Positions 52,307 to 63,604 of a DNA stretch of 64,000 nucleotides are shown here, in pieces (positions within the stretch are counted from its first letter, which is position 1; every line of letters starts with the position of its first letter). The stretch is from Mobula birostris. Lineage: Eukaryota. The stretch covers positions 98,348,699 to 98,412,698 of the forward strand of contig NC_092382.1 in NCBI RefSeq assembly GCF_030028105.1, given 5' to 3'. The position numbers and the translations under genes were made by a program. A model generated the notes under the pieces. It did no database searches. It was not told the origin of the DNA and saw nothing but the letters and a program-made list of their open reading frames with translations.

Positions 52307-53303
52307 CTCTGTCAGGATGGTGCTTATTGATTGTAGCTTATCATTTAAAACCATCAGTCCTCCAGTCCTGATCGAAAGGGTACGGACACTAGGCCTCTGT
52401 TCCACCCTCTCATCTGGATCCAGACGACCACAATTTGTGCGGATTAGAAATAACATCACCACCTCGCTGACAAATAACATTGGCGCTTCACAGGACTGTG
52501 TGCTTAGCCCACTGCTCTACTCTGTCTACAGCCATGACTGTGCGACCAGGCAGAGCTGAAACAACATCTTTAAATTTGCTGGCGATAATTCCATTGTTGG
52601 CAGAATTTCAGGTGGTAACGAGTGGACGCACACGAGCGACATCTAGTGGAGTGGTGTCGCCGCAACAGTCTTGAACTCAACGTCCGGAAGACCAAAGAGC
52701 TGATCGTGGACTTCAGGAAGGGTAAGGACAGAAATCAGTCTCATAGAGGGAGCGCGAATGGAGAGAGTGACCAACTTCATGTTCCTGGCTGTCAATATCT
52801 CTGAGGACCTAACCTGGATGGAACTTATTGATGCAGCTATTAAGATTGTAAGACACCGTTCTTATTTGATTAGTAGTGTCAGGAAATTTGGTCTGTCAAC
52901 TATGACACTCGAAAACATCAGTGACTGGCTACATCACTGTCTGGAAGTGTGGGGGGAGGGTGTGCGGGGATATTAAATTGGTGTGAGGTTTATTTTCAAC
53001 CTGTTTTTCTTTTAATAGAGGAGAGCGTCTGGGAAACGAAATGCAGGTAACGCACGCAGAATGCTGGAAGACCTCGGCTGGCCAATCTGTAAAGTTGTCT
53101 GCACAATTAGCCCCGATTGTTTGTTTGAAATTCTGACTGAGTGTCCATCTAAGAGAGAAGGTTGAACGTGAGATAGGTTGAAGAGCCGGCGCATCATCGT
53201 CGAACGAACGGCTTTTCCTGCCCTACACGGCTACATCAATCATAATTCCTTGGCCGGCTGACAAACTGGGAATGTGACTGAATAAAAAAAAAAAAAATTG
53301 CGG

Positions 53304-53775
53304 TTCCCGGGTATTGTCGTTACCAATACAACCAGTTAGCATCACTGTCACCACCCTGTACTGTGCAATGCAGGGTCACCTTCTGGCCGGGAGTTCCGGA
53401 GACAGTCGCTGTCTGTTGGATCGCCACCGAGCTCGCATCTGGGAAAAAGAGACCTGGGTGGCAAAATGCTGTGATTGAACAGGGGGACACCGGGTCAATA
53501 GGGAGGTTGAGAAAGAGGGTACATTGAGGAAATGAAAGAGAACTGAAGTGGGGGAGAGATCGAGAGGAGGACGGAAATTAGAAGCGGCGCCTGAGGAAAG
53601 ATCGTGTGAGGACGCGGGGGCTCATAATTAAATAGAGACAGATTCCGAGCCGACTAGATGGTAGAGCAAGTGAAGGGAATCAGAAAGAAAGAGAGAAGCA
53701 AAGAAATAAAAATAATAATTATTGTCAAGCTTACTCACAACGGAAGGCGAGGATGAACTGCAGAAATAGAAATAT
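53304..53775 (-). pseudogene. TRBV: V13 (family A) 5' remnant
   Basis: Leader 53775-53739 has ATG to ATA. Exon from 53438 reads ..LHCTVQG..WLYW*RQYPG; 3' half and RSS are deleted. Confidence 0.8.
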
Positions 53776-55699
53776 CTTCCTTGGCGGGTTTATTCTCTCA
53801 GCGATGAAAGCGCTGCGTGCATCAGAGACGAATCCATTCACTTCATCCCCGCTTGTTACTTATCCCAGTGACGTAGGTGGATTTGCGGAAGTAGCGATCA
53901 GACACGCCCCTTCTATAAGCCTACGAGGGATGCGTTGCTTCCGTTCCAATTTGACCACCCAACAGTCTCGCTCTCTCTCCATATCACTCCCTCCGTGTTT
54001 CTCCCTTTACCCGCTATATCTCAATCCGTACTTTTTCAAAAAAGATTTGCCTCCAAATATTTTGTTCTGAACCTACCACCCCTTGCAGTTCTGACGTATT
54101 GTCTCGGTAACATCGACTTCTTATTCCGCTCCATAGATGCTGCCTGGCGTGCTGAGTCCCACCGGCGTTTCTTGTTTGCTGGACATAGGACAGAGAGTAC
54201 ACGTCTCCCAACCACCGCCTCCCACAGTCAGCGCCGGGTTGTAGCCCTGCATAGTTCTTCCAGAACCATTTAGAACGAATGTGTACGTCCGGTCCAAATC
54301 AGCTAAATGCGTACCTGAATCTTTCCCCAGCGGAATTCTCTCCATCTCGCTCGCTCTCCCTCTCTGAAGATTATCCCCAAATTCTTCATGAACGACTCTC
54401 AGTCACTGATAAGTTGAAGTTGTTTGTCGTGTGGATTCCCCCCTTCTGTTTCTGCCCAGGATCACTCTAACCCTCTCCCTGTCTACCGTCCTGAAACAAC
54501 AGTTGTCACCTGTGAGCTGTGATTATCTTTTCTGTCCGTGCTTTTGTCTGATTATGCATATGTGTACGCATGTGTTTGTCTTTCTATCTATCTTTTTAAC
54601 CTGTCTGTCTATCTATCTATCTCTCTAACCATCTATCTAACAATCTATGTCTCTTCCTGTCTATCTGTTTGCCAATACATCGATTGATATATCTATATAT
54701 ATATATATCTAGACTTTGCCGATTAATTCTCTGTTTTCAGAACAACTTTGTCCTGTCAGGCAGGCCCCATGAACCGATGGGGAGGAGGGGGTTACGTCAC
54801 AGATAGGCCTGCCTCCGGCGCAGATGACAAGGTGCCCAAGAAGGGTCGGATGGAAGGGAGGTAGGTGCAGGGAGACTGCATATAGTTGGAAGTCTCAGTC
54901 TAGTTGACCTCACTGGAAAGGTTTGATCAACACGGTCAGGTAACGAAGAACCGGCTGTGAAGTTCCTTGGACAGAAGAATTTCTCTCACCTGGACGTTTC
55001 GGGAAGAACGTAAGAGCAACGCCTGCGCCATGTACTCTGACGAATAACAGCACCATGCCGTCTGAGTGAAAACCTCGTCCTGCATGACAGTCGGCTCACC
55101 GGTTTTCTTGCTTACGACAGGCTTCTGTTGTGCGTGAAAGATTTCCATTCCTGAGGTCCCTGAGAGCACAACCAACCGAGCGTGGGACAGGCAGTTCACC
55201 CAGGGTCCCTGTTCCTCAACACTTCACACCACTCACTTTGTATGTCCTACCCTTGTACACTTCTGTCCCTCGGTCCATTGATACTCCCACCACTCAGAGT
55301 GTGTCCTTCCCTTGGACACCCAGGTCCCTCTGTTTGTCAACACATCAAGTGTCCGAGGATTTTGAGTTTCGACTAATGGATGTCGAGGATTTAGAGCGAA
55401 GGATCTAAGAATCGCGAATTCCGATGGAGGTAGTTTCTATATAGTCTGATCATCGGACAGAAGCTTTCACCCAAAAAAAAAACAGAACGGTTGCTAACAT
55501 ATCTGTGCAGAATCGCTTCCGCCATTTTAATGCATAACAATAGAAATACATGACAACAGCAGCTGCGATATCGTCGCCCTTTATTTGTCTCAGTGGCAGC
55601 ATCGCAGCGCCATCTGTCGGACAGCATCACACCCGCACTTCGATTGACATCAAGACGGTGAGGTTTTTGCTCAGCTCTCCGTCTGACCCAGTCGCTGTG

Positions 55700-56292
55700 A
55701 TCACTCCAGGCACAGGAGTACACGCCTGACGAATTCGCCTCCAAGGTGACGGAGTTCAGCCTGAAGATGTAGCTGCTCGGTCTCTCTGCGGTAAAGCCGG
55801 ACAGCGGCCTCTTTGGTTGCACGTTGCCGGCAACCACAGCGTAGAAAAAGTTCTCCAGCCCCTGCCCCGGGTATTGTCTGTACCAGAGCATCGTATCAGC
55901 CGTGTTGCTGCTCCCCTCGACAGTACAGTTCAGCGTCACAGCCCGGCCGGTGGGACCGGAGAAAGCTGGGATCTGCTGGATCGTCACCGCGGTCACATCT
56001 GAAGAAGAGAGTGGGAGTGAAAAGAGGTGAGCATGCGGACGGCGAGAACGACGGTGTGGAGAAGGGGGAGGATTGAAGTTGGGATATTTTCGGGTGCGGT
56101 CGCGATGGAGAGGTTTCGGCTCAGGAAGTTCACGTTGAGGATGGGAATGTGCGGAGACAAGCGGCGAATGAGACAGAGAAGGCACAGGACGGGAGAATGT
56201 GAGGATTATGAGAAAGGAAGCGAGAGAGGAAAAAGTGTCAGCAAATTTCCCTCACAGTGGAAGGAGACGATCAGTTGCAGAAGCAGGAACAT
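55700..56292 (-). CDS. TRBV: V14 (family A'); open frame, RSS with 22-bp spacer
   Basis: Leader 56292-56256 (MFLLLQLIVSFH). Exon 55998-55700 (299 nt) ends GVYSCAWSD. RSS CACAGCG-22-GCAAAAACC (55699-55662). Confidence 0.85.
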
Positions 56293-58164
56293 CTTCTCTG
56301 GAGGATAATTCCATCCCAAGTGAAAGTGTTGTGTCCAGGAGCATTGAATCCACTCCCTTCAGTCCCGCTTGTCATATCACTCAGTGACCTAAATGGTCAT
56401 TGGTGATACGGATGGCCGCGCCCTCTCTTTCTTTCATGAATCTAAATCCAGGCATGCGCAGTTATACTCTGCCGAATCATCATTGTCCCTTCTTGTCTTA
56501 CCACATCCCTTTCTCATCGATCAATAAGTAGTGATTTCACCGTCCATTCTCTTCTTCCTTATCTTTCCTTCTTTCGCTCTCTCTCTCTCTCCTTGCATCA
56601 CTTTGTTGGCCAGGGTGATATTAAAATATGGAAGACAACGTTGAAAGCGTATGGGTTAAGGGCAGTGGAAGGAGGCAGATCAATTGTCTTTGTTTCTTCC
56701 ATGTGCTTGGGGATGGAGGTTGCCATGTTTTAGAAATGTAGAACTCACTCCCTCCCCCTCTCCTCCCCCCATGAATATAGCTCTAGCTGATTTTCTGTCT
56801 ACTCATAATTTTCTTATCGGTCCATTGGTTTATTTTTATATGTATCTGTGTACTTTTGTGTGAATAAACAGGTATCATGTCCCAAATTATGATCGCAGAT
56901 TTGCTTTATTTCTTTCATCTACAGGGAATGTCAACGACCATCACAGTTCTGTTGTACAGATAGATCGAAACACAATCAGATAGAGAGAGAGAGATAGAGA
57001 GATAGTATGATAGATAGATAGATAGATAGATAGATAGTCTCCGAACTGTCAACTCCCATAAGTCCATACGAGCAGAATGATGTCAGGCACTTCACCATCA
57101 CTGATCCATTCACCTCTCAGCCCAATTTCCTGCCTTCTCCCCGTATCCCGTCACGTTCCGTATAATCAGGAAGCTATCATCCTCTATCCTAAATATACAT
57201 GAAGGCATGGCCTCGGCAGCCGCCTCAGTCAACGAATTATCTGATTAAAATCATTCCTCCTCATCTCCATTTTAAATGGACATCCGTATCCATAATTAAG
57301 AGACTTTCATCTTCTGCCTGAAATATATCCAAAGACACCCGTGCAATGAATTCATGGATTCACGACCCTCTGGCTGCATAAACCCTCGTTGTATTTCAAG
57401 CCCCTAGTTTAGACGATAGCGTTTCAGATCTCTTCGATAATCTTTATTTTTCTTTATATATAAATAAAACATAGAACATTTGTATCGTATTATGGTGAAC
57501 GAAACAATAGCCGATGCTCCAGATACCGCAGAGCTCCCTGAACTGTAATGGTTTGCTTGCGTGGGCCTGGCGAGTTACTGCGCATGCGGCCGATTGATTG
57601 CGCAATGAATAGATCGGGCCAGCTGCTGGCGGAGGTCTATCTGTATTTTACATGCCAGGCTCCGAGTGCGCGTCTTTTCGTCTCGGCGGAATCGCGTCGT
57701 AGCTCCAGAACTGTCCACTGCAGAACCTGGACGTTTGCCAACATGAGTGAAGAAAAACTTTTAATCATAGAACTCTATTTTTTGTTCTTGTCCCACGCAT
57801 ACGTAACACTCCCCAGCTCTATAAACGCTCCGACTGATGTAGTCCTAATTGCCAAGTCTTTCCCCCGCCGCCGAGACAACCTGTGACGCAGCCTTCACCG
57901 TGGTGCTTTGTAATGTTCTATGGATCAGAGGAAAATAATATTAAAAAGTGCTGAAAGACATGGGAAGGCAGGCAGTGCGGGCGAAAGTGAATTAAAGACA
58001 GGGACCTGGAGGCTGGAGCTGAATAATACCGGAACAGACCAAAGTTATTCATCTGCCAGATGCAAAATGAGTTGTGAAACGCAATCTGATGCTTCCCCCT
58101 AGTGGTGCCAAGCTGCTAATGACCCTCTCAGCAATAGGGAGAAAGGGTTTTGTCTCACACTCTG

Positions 58165-58458
58165 CGCTACGACGAGCGCAGAAGAACACGTCGGAGTGGG
58201 TGGGCGAGATTGCTTTCACATCCTGTTTGGGCAGTGTTCTGCGAGTTCTCGTGGGCGTGTTGGAATCGGATGTGTCTTTCGTGACGATGCCGAGCCAAGC
58301 AGAAAAGAAAAGAGCTTTAATTGCCCGGCCGTGTCTCTGTCTGTGCCAAACCATTTTGCTATAGCCGGTATTACACAGCGTGCACATGACGTTGACTGAT
58401 TCCCCAATTCTAATTGACAAGGAGGGAGCCGCCTGTTCCACGTACGCGGCCAGAACCC
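58165..58458 (-). pseudogene. TRBV: V15 (family B); open V frame, RSS collapsed
   Basis: VEQAAPSLSIRIGESVNVMCTLCN..MVWHRQ..FFCARRS. Only 11 nt (CAGAGTGTGAG) lie between the V end and nonamer ACAAAACCC (58153-58145). The leader-equivalent region near 58555-58590 contains stops. Confidence 0.8.
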
Positions 58459-59004
58459 CTGTACGACGGAATATCTACTAGACTCTTACTTTCTCTCAGA
58501 AATCAACCAAGTGTTCTGCAACGAAAGAGAGAAGGAACTCGCGTATCTAAAATTACCAGCCACCCTTCGGAAATCTAGTTATAAATCATTTCTACAAACA
58601 CAACATCGATTTTTTTATTATCGACAGAGGCGCAGGAAAACATAAACAATGTTTTGAACGTCATCACTGCAGATATCATTGTAAATGTTGCTGTTGGTCA
58701 AAGAGGGCCTGCCAAACTCCTTCAGGTTCGTGAGAAATTCGAGGCGCCCTTTGTTTTTTTTTGTGTGAAGTGTTCCTGAATTAGTTGCGGTAGCCTTGTT
58801 TGTTTCGCCGGATCGGGTGGTATTACGTATTGTGTTGTGCGGATGGGAAGAAACAAAAGGCAATTGGAGTGTACGCTGGACGCGTCTTGGAGATTGGAGC
58901 TCACTGTACTGCGACCTCTAGTGGTGAGGAAAAGCCGGTTCTGAGCCTTCAGCTCTTGTGCAGGAAGTTTTTGTCAGAGGCGGCTCGACTTCTCAACCTC
59001 TGTG

Positions 59005-59450
59005 CGCTACTACAGGTGCAGAAATAGGCCGAGTGAGAGTGCGAGGCGTTCTTTAGCTCCAGTTCAAAGAAAGTGCTTTTGGGTCTTGTTGCCGCGTAGG
59101 TTTCCGACGTGTAATTGTTGACTATATCTTTCCCAGCAGAATAGAAAAGAGCTTCGATTGCCCCGTCCGGTCTCTGTCTGTACCAGTACATACTATTATA
59201 GTCCGAATTCAGCAGCGTGCGTTGGACGGTGCTTGACTCTCCCAATCCAACTGACAGGGAAGGGGGCGACTGCTCGACGTACGCGGCCAGAATCCCTGCA
59301 AGGGAGAAATTCCATTAGAGTCTAATTTCTCTCAACAAGTGTTCGCTCGTTCTCTGAACCTGAGTACCTTCCCCAGAACCATTGTTATCCTGACTTACGC
59401 GGGATCAATGCCACGATCAGCGGAATAAAATTTGTTCCTGGCATCATCAT
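59005..59450 (-). pseudogene. TRBV: V16 (family C); in frame but Cys23 to Arg
   Basis: Leader 59450-59399 (MMMPGTNFIPLIVALIP). Exon 59295-59005 (291 nt): TVQRTLLN..SAYFCTCSS. RSS CACAGAG-23-ACAAAAACT (59004-58966). Confidence 0.85.
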
Positions 59451-60015
59451 TGACAGGGTAGAATCTGGCTGGCTTTGGGATGGAGTGCCGTTCAAGACCA
59501 GCTTTCAGAAGTAATGTACTGTGTGGCTCGATATTATTGCTGGTTCCGAATGGCCCTATGACGTCTGTCACTTCCTGTGTAACTGCTGGGCGGTACGTTT
59601 TCCTTCTCTCGTCATTCGAAAGCCGGAGGAGAGTGGAGGTCGCAGTTTCTGAAGTGTCGCTTTCGNNNNNNNNNNNNNNNNNNNNNNNNNNNNNNNNNNN
59701 NNNNNNNNNNNNNNNNNNNNNNNNNNNNNNNNNNNNNNNNNNNNNNNNNNNNNNNNNNNNNNNNNNNNNNNNNNNNNNNNNNNNNNNNNNNNNNNNATTC
59801 AGAGTTACACAGACACAAACATATAGATACATAACAAGAATTTCGTGGTGGGTGAATGAAACAGCTGTCGTTATACATCAGCTATCGGAAAACCGCTTGT
59901 CGTTCCTATTTAGAACAGAAACAAGCAATAATGCTCAATATTTTGCACACCCAGGGTGGGATCTATCGCTTCTTGGAAAGGATTACGGCAAAAAGCAGGA
60001 GGAGCGGCGAACTTG

Positions 60016-60073
<58 letters not shown>

Positions 60074-62683
60074 ATCTTTCTGTGTATCTATCTGTCTGCC
60101 TATGTATGTATCTATCTATCTGTCTGCCTAAGTATGTATCTATCTATCTNNNNNNNNNNNNNNNNNNNNNNNNNNNNNNNNNNNNNNNNNNNNNNNNNNN
60201 NNNNNNNNNNNNNNNNNNNNNNNNNNNNNNNNNNNNNNNNNNNNNNNNNNNNNNNNNNNNNNNNNNNNNNNNNNNNNNNNNNNNNNNNNNNNNNNCTCAC
60301 TGAATTGTCCGTAATGCATCCCTGGGTGTCTACTGTCTTACTCACTCTGGACCCGCAGACTGAAAGAGTGTGAAAGTCAGGGGGAATTTGTTTGCGAGTC
60401 GTTGCATAATTTGTGGTTATAGGGAAACCAAAGAACGTCGTTTGTCTCCTGGTAGGAAAAGAAGCGAATGATCAACAACAGCTCAGTGTGCTCCTGCCTC
60501 GGGTCGGGCAATCTCTCCTCCAGACAAACTACTGCGAAAGATGAGAAGGAGCAGCGGAGGTCTGCAGAGCTGATAATAAAGACAACACAACATTCACACA
60601 GTTGTCTCATTATTAGCTACAGCTATGCACTGACTAAATAGATATCCCGCTCTCTCCGTTGACAACCTGCTCTAACATCCATGAGGCGGTCAATCACTGT
60701 GTAGTTTTCAAACTTACAAACCCATCTATCCACGTTTTCATTCAACCTACTCATCTGAAGTGGCCACTTTATTAGACAGTTGTACACCAATCGTTAATTA
60801 AAATGTCCCCTCAGTCAATCTTGTTGCAGCAAATCAATGTATCAGAGCATGCAGAAATGGTCTGAAGGTTGCATCGCTGTTCAACCCAAACGTTAGAATA
60901 AGGAAGAAATATGATCTAATTTACTTTGACTGAAGAATGCTTATTGATTCCAAACCGGGAGAGGTTGCGTATGTCAGAAACTACTGAAATTCTGGCATAT
61001 TCACACACAACGTTCTTTACTGTTTACAGAGACTGGAACGAAAAGCTGTTGCGGTAATTATGCGGGTGAAAACGCCCTGTTAATGTCCGAGGTTAGAGGA
61101 GAATGGGCAGAATCTTTCACGCTGAGAGGAAGGCCTCAGTAAATCAAGTGACCACGTGTTACAACAATGGTGTTCGGAAGAGCATCTCTGAATGTACAAT
61201 ATGTTCGAGCGGATGGGCGGCAATGCGCAAAACTACGAACTTACAGAGAGTGGCCATTTTATTAGGTGTAGGAGGTCAACAAAAGGATGTTGTCCCCATT
61301 AGTTGCATATGTACACAAGACATGGATGTATGTGCGGGATGTTAGCATTTGTACAGATGCATTCGTCGAGCAAACTTTTACAGATGCACCGGTATAACAT
61401 TAGCGCGTTGCTGCGTGCCGTTCCAGTAGGACAATGTGCAGCGATACACAGAGTACTGCTGCCCCCACGTCGCCAAACTCCCGTTCTGCACCTCTTGGTG
61501 AACAAGTGGAAGGTTATCCTGTGCTCGGAGACTCGCGTTCTAGCGCTGTGGATGGCGTGCGGAAAAGTGTAAGCATTGGACGTTTTAGACCGAGACCATT
61601 CATCAGACTGAGAGGGAAAGGTAGGCTGGATAGCGGCGGAGATGCCTGAATTAAAAATTGCCAGATGGGTAAGAGGCTGGGTGGAAGGTGATAGATGAAG
61701 ACAGGTGGAAGGGAAAGGCCAAGGATTGGAGTGGGAAGAATATGATAGGAGAGGAGACGGAAAACAGGGGAAGGGGAAGGAGGAGAGGGCCAAGGGGGAA
61801 CTAATAGTCAGGCGAGAAGAAGTAAAAGTTAACAGTAAGACACACTATCAGGTTGGACGGTGCCCAGATGAAATATAAGAGGTTGTTCCTCTACCTTGAG
61901 GGTGGCCTCCTCTTCACACGAGGGGTCGTCATGGACCGACACGTCGGAAGGTGAATGGGAATCAGAATTACAGTGCTTGGCCACAGTGAATTCCCTGTGC
62001 AGTTATGCGGTGAAAAGCTTGTTCGCACAGATCAATTCATAACATTTTGAATTGAGATAGAGAAAAGTAATTTAATAAAGTCGATTACTTTTGCTGCATC
62101 TATGGAGTTACAGTGAACAGCTGGTCTTGCATACAGATCAAATCAGCACACAGTGCATTGGTGTAGAATAAGGTAAATGACTAATGTTTAAAATCGACAG
62201 AGAAAACCGCAGTGCAGGTGAGCAGGACACTGAGAGGTAGATTGTGAAGTCGAGAATCCACATTATTGTACCATCCTCGAGAATAAGAGTCGGGTTACAA
62301 AGGCAGAGAAGCCGCTGAATTGGTGACTGGAGCCCTTTATTATCATCGGCTGCTTTACTGAGGTAACGAGGTGTATGGACAGAGTGGGTATTTGAACGAT
62401 GTGCTGAGCTGCGCGTAGGGCCCCCTCGAGTTTCCCGCCGTCAATTGCAGAGCAGATGCGTCAACAGGCCGTTATTCATCAAAGAACCGATGCTTGTCTA
62501 TCCGATATTTCAGATAGTAGTAGCAGGCGGGCAAACCAAGCCGAGTGCTGCCCGTTCGTGACAGAAAGGAGCATCCGCACTCGGTCTGGTGCTGCCCCCT
62601 ACTGGTACAACATGGCTACTGAACGTCCCTGCTCCCGGCTGGAAGGTTCTTGCAGTGTAAAACTCGCTATCTGAATTTCTGTG

Positions 62684-62812
62684 TCCTAATACAAGCACAG
62701 TAGTAGACGGCGGAGTGGGAGGCTGATGCCCGTCCCAGTTCCAGTTTAAACAGGTGCTGCTGGGTCATGTCTCCGTGCAGGAAGCGTATTCGTGGTTCGT
62801 AACCGAACCTTG
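62684..62812 (-). pseudogene. TRBV: V17 (family D-like) 3' remnant
   Basis: QGSVTN..* with a stop and frameshift, ends YYCACIR. RSS CACAGAA-23-GCAAGAACC (62683-62645). The 5' half is missing. Confidence 0.75.
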
Positions 62813-63310
62813 TGCACGGGTGTGGAATAAGTTTCATCAAAAAAGTTTAAAAGCGACAGAGAAAACCGCAGTGCAGGTGACGACAATGAGTAGATTGTGA
62901 AGTCCGGAGTCCACATTATTGTACCATCTTCTCGCACAAGCGGTCCGTTCAAGAGTCGGTTAACAGCGGCAGAGAAGCTGCTGGAGTGGTGACTGGAGTC
63001 CCTTATTGTTGTTTTACTGAGATAACGAGATGTATGGACAGAGGACACATCTGTGGGAAGGGCCCTCTCAGGTTTCCTGCCGTCACTTGCAATGCAATGC
63101 CATAACAGACCATTATTCATGAAAGACCCTCTGCTAGTCTATGCGATATCTGAGATAGCAGGAGCAGGCGGGGAAAGCCGGTTTGTGACAGAAAGGCGCA
63201 GCCGAACACAGACTGGTGCTGCCACCTACTGGTACAACATGGCCACTGAACCTCCCTGCGATTGGCTGGAAGGTTTTTGTAGTGGGAGACTCGTTATCTC
63301 AACTTCTGTG

Positions 63311-63604
63311 CGCTACTACAAGCGCAGTAGTAGACGGCGGAGTGGGAGGCCGATGCCTGTCGCAGTTCCAGTTTAAACAGAGTGTTGCTGGGTCTTGGCG
63401 CCGTGTAGGAATCGGATGTGTAGTTTGTCACCGAACCTTGCCCAGCAGAATAGAAGAGGCAATCTATTGCCCGGTCCGATCGCTGTCTGTACCAATACAT
63501 GATTTGATAGCCCGTATTCAGCAGCGTACACGACACGCTGGCAGACTCTCCCTGTCCGATTGAAGGAGCAGAAGGCGACTGCTCCACGTACGCGGCCACA
63601 ATCC
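63311..63604 (-). CDS. TRBV: V18 (family D/E) V exon, apparently functional; leader beyond window end
   Basis: 294-nt exon VEQSPSAPSIGQGESASVSCTLLNTGYQIMYWYRQ..LFYSAGQGSVTNYTSDSYTAPRPSNTLFKLELRQASASHSAVYYCACSS. RSS CACAGAA-23-ACAAAAACC (63310-63272). Confidence 0.85.

Noticed and set aside
25148-63604. IgH, IgNAR, TCR gamma or germline-joined VDJ identity
   Set aside because: Short CDR2, LFYS/A.RP framework, CAWS/CACS ends and CRE-type promoters (no octamer noticed) fit TCR beta better. Every V 3' end that is preserved is followed by an RSS or its remnant, not a joined D or J.
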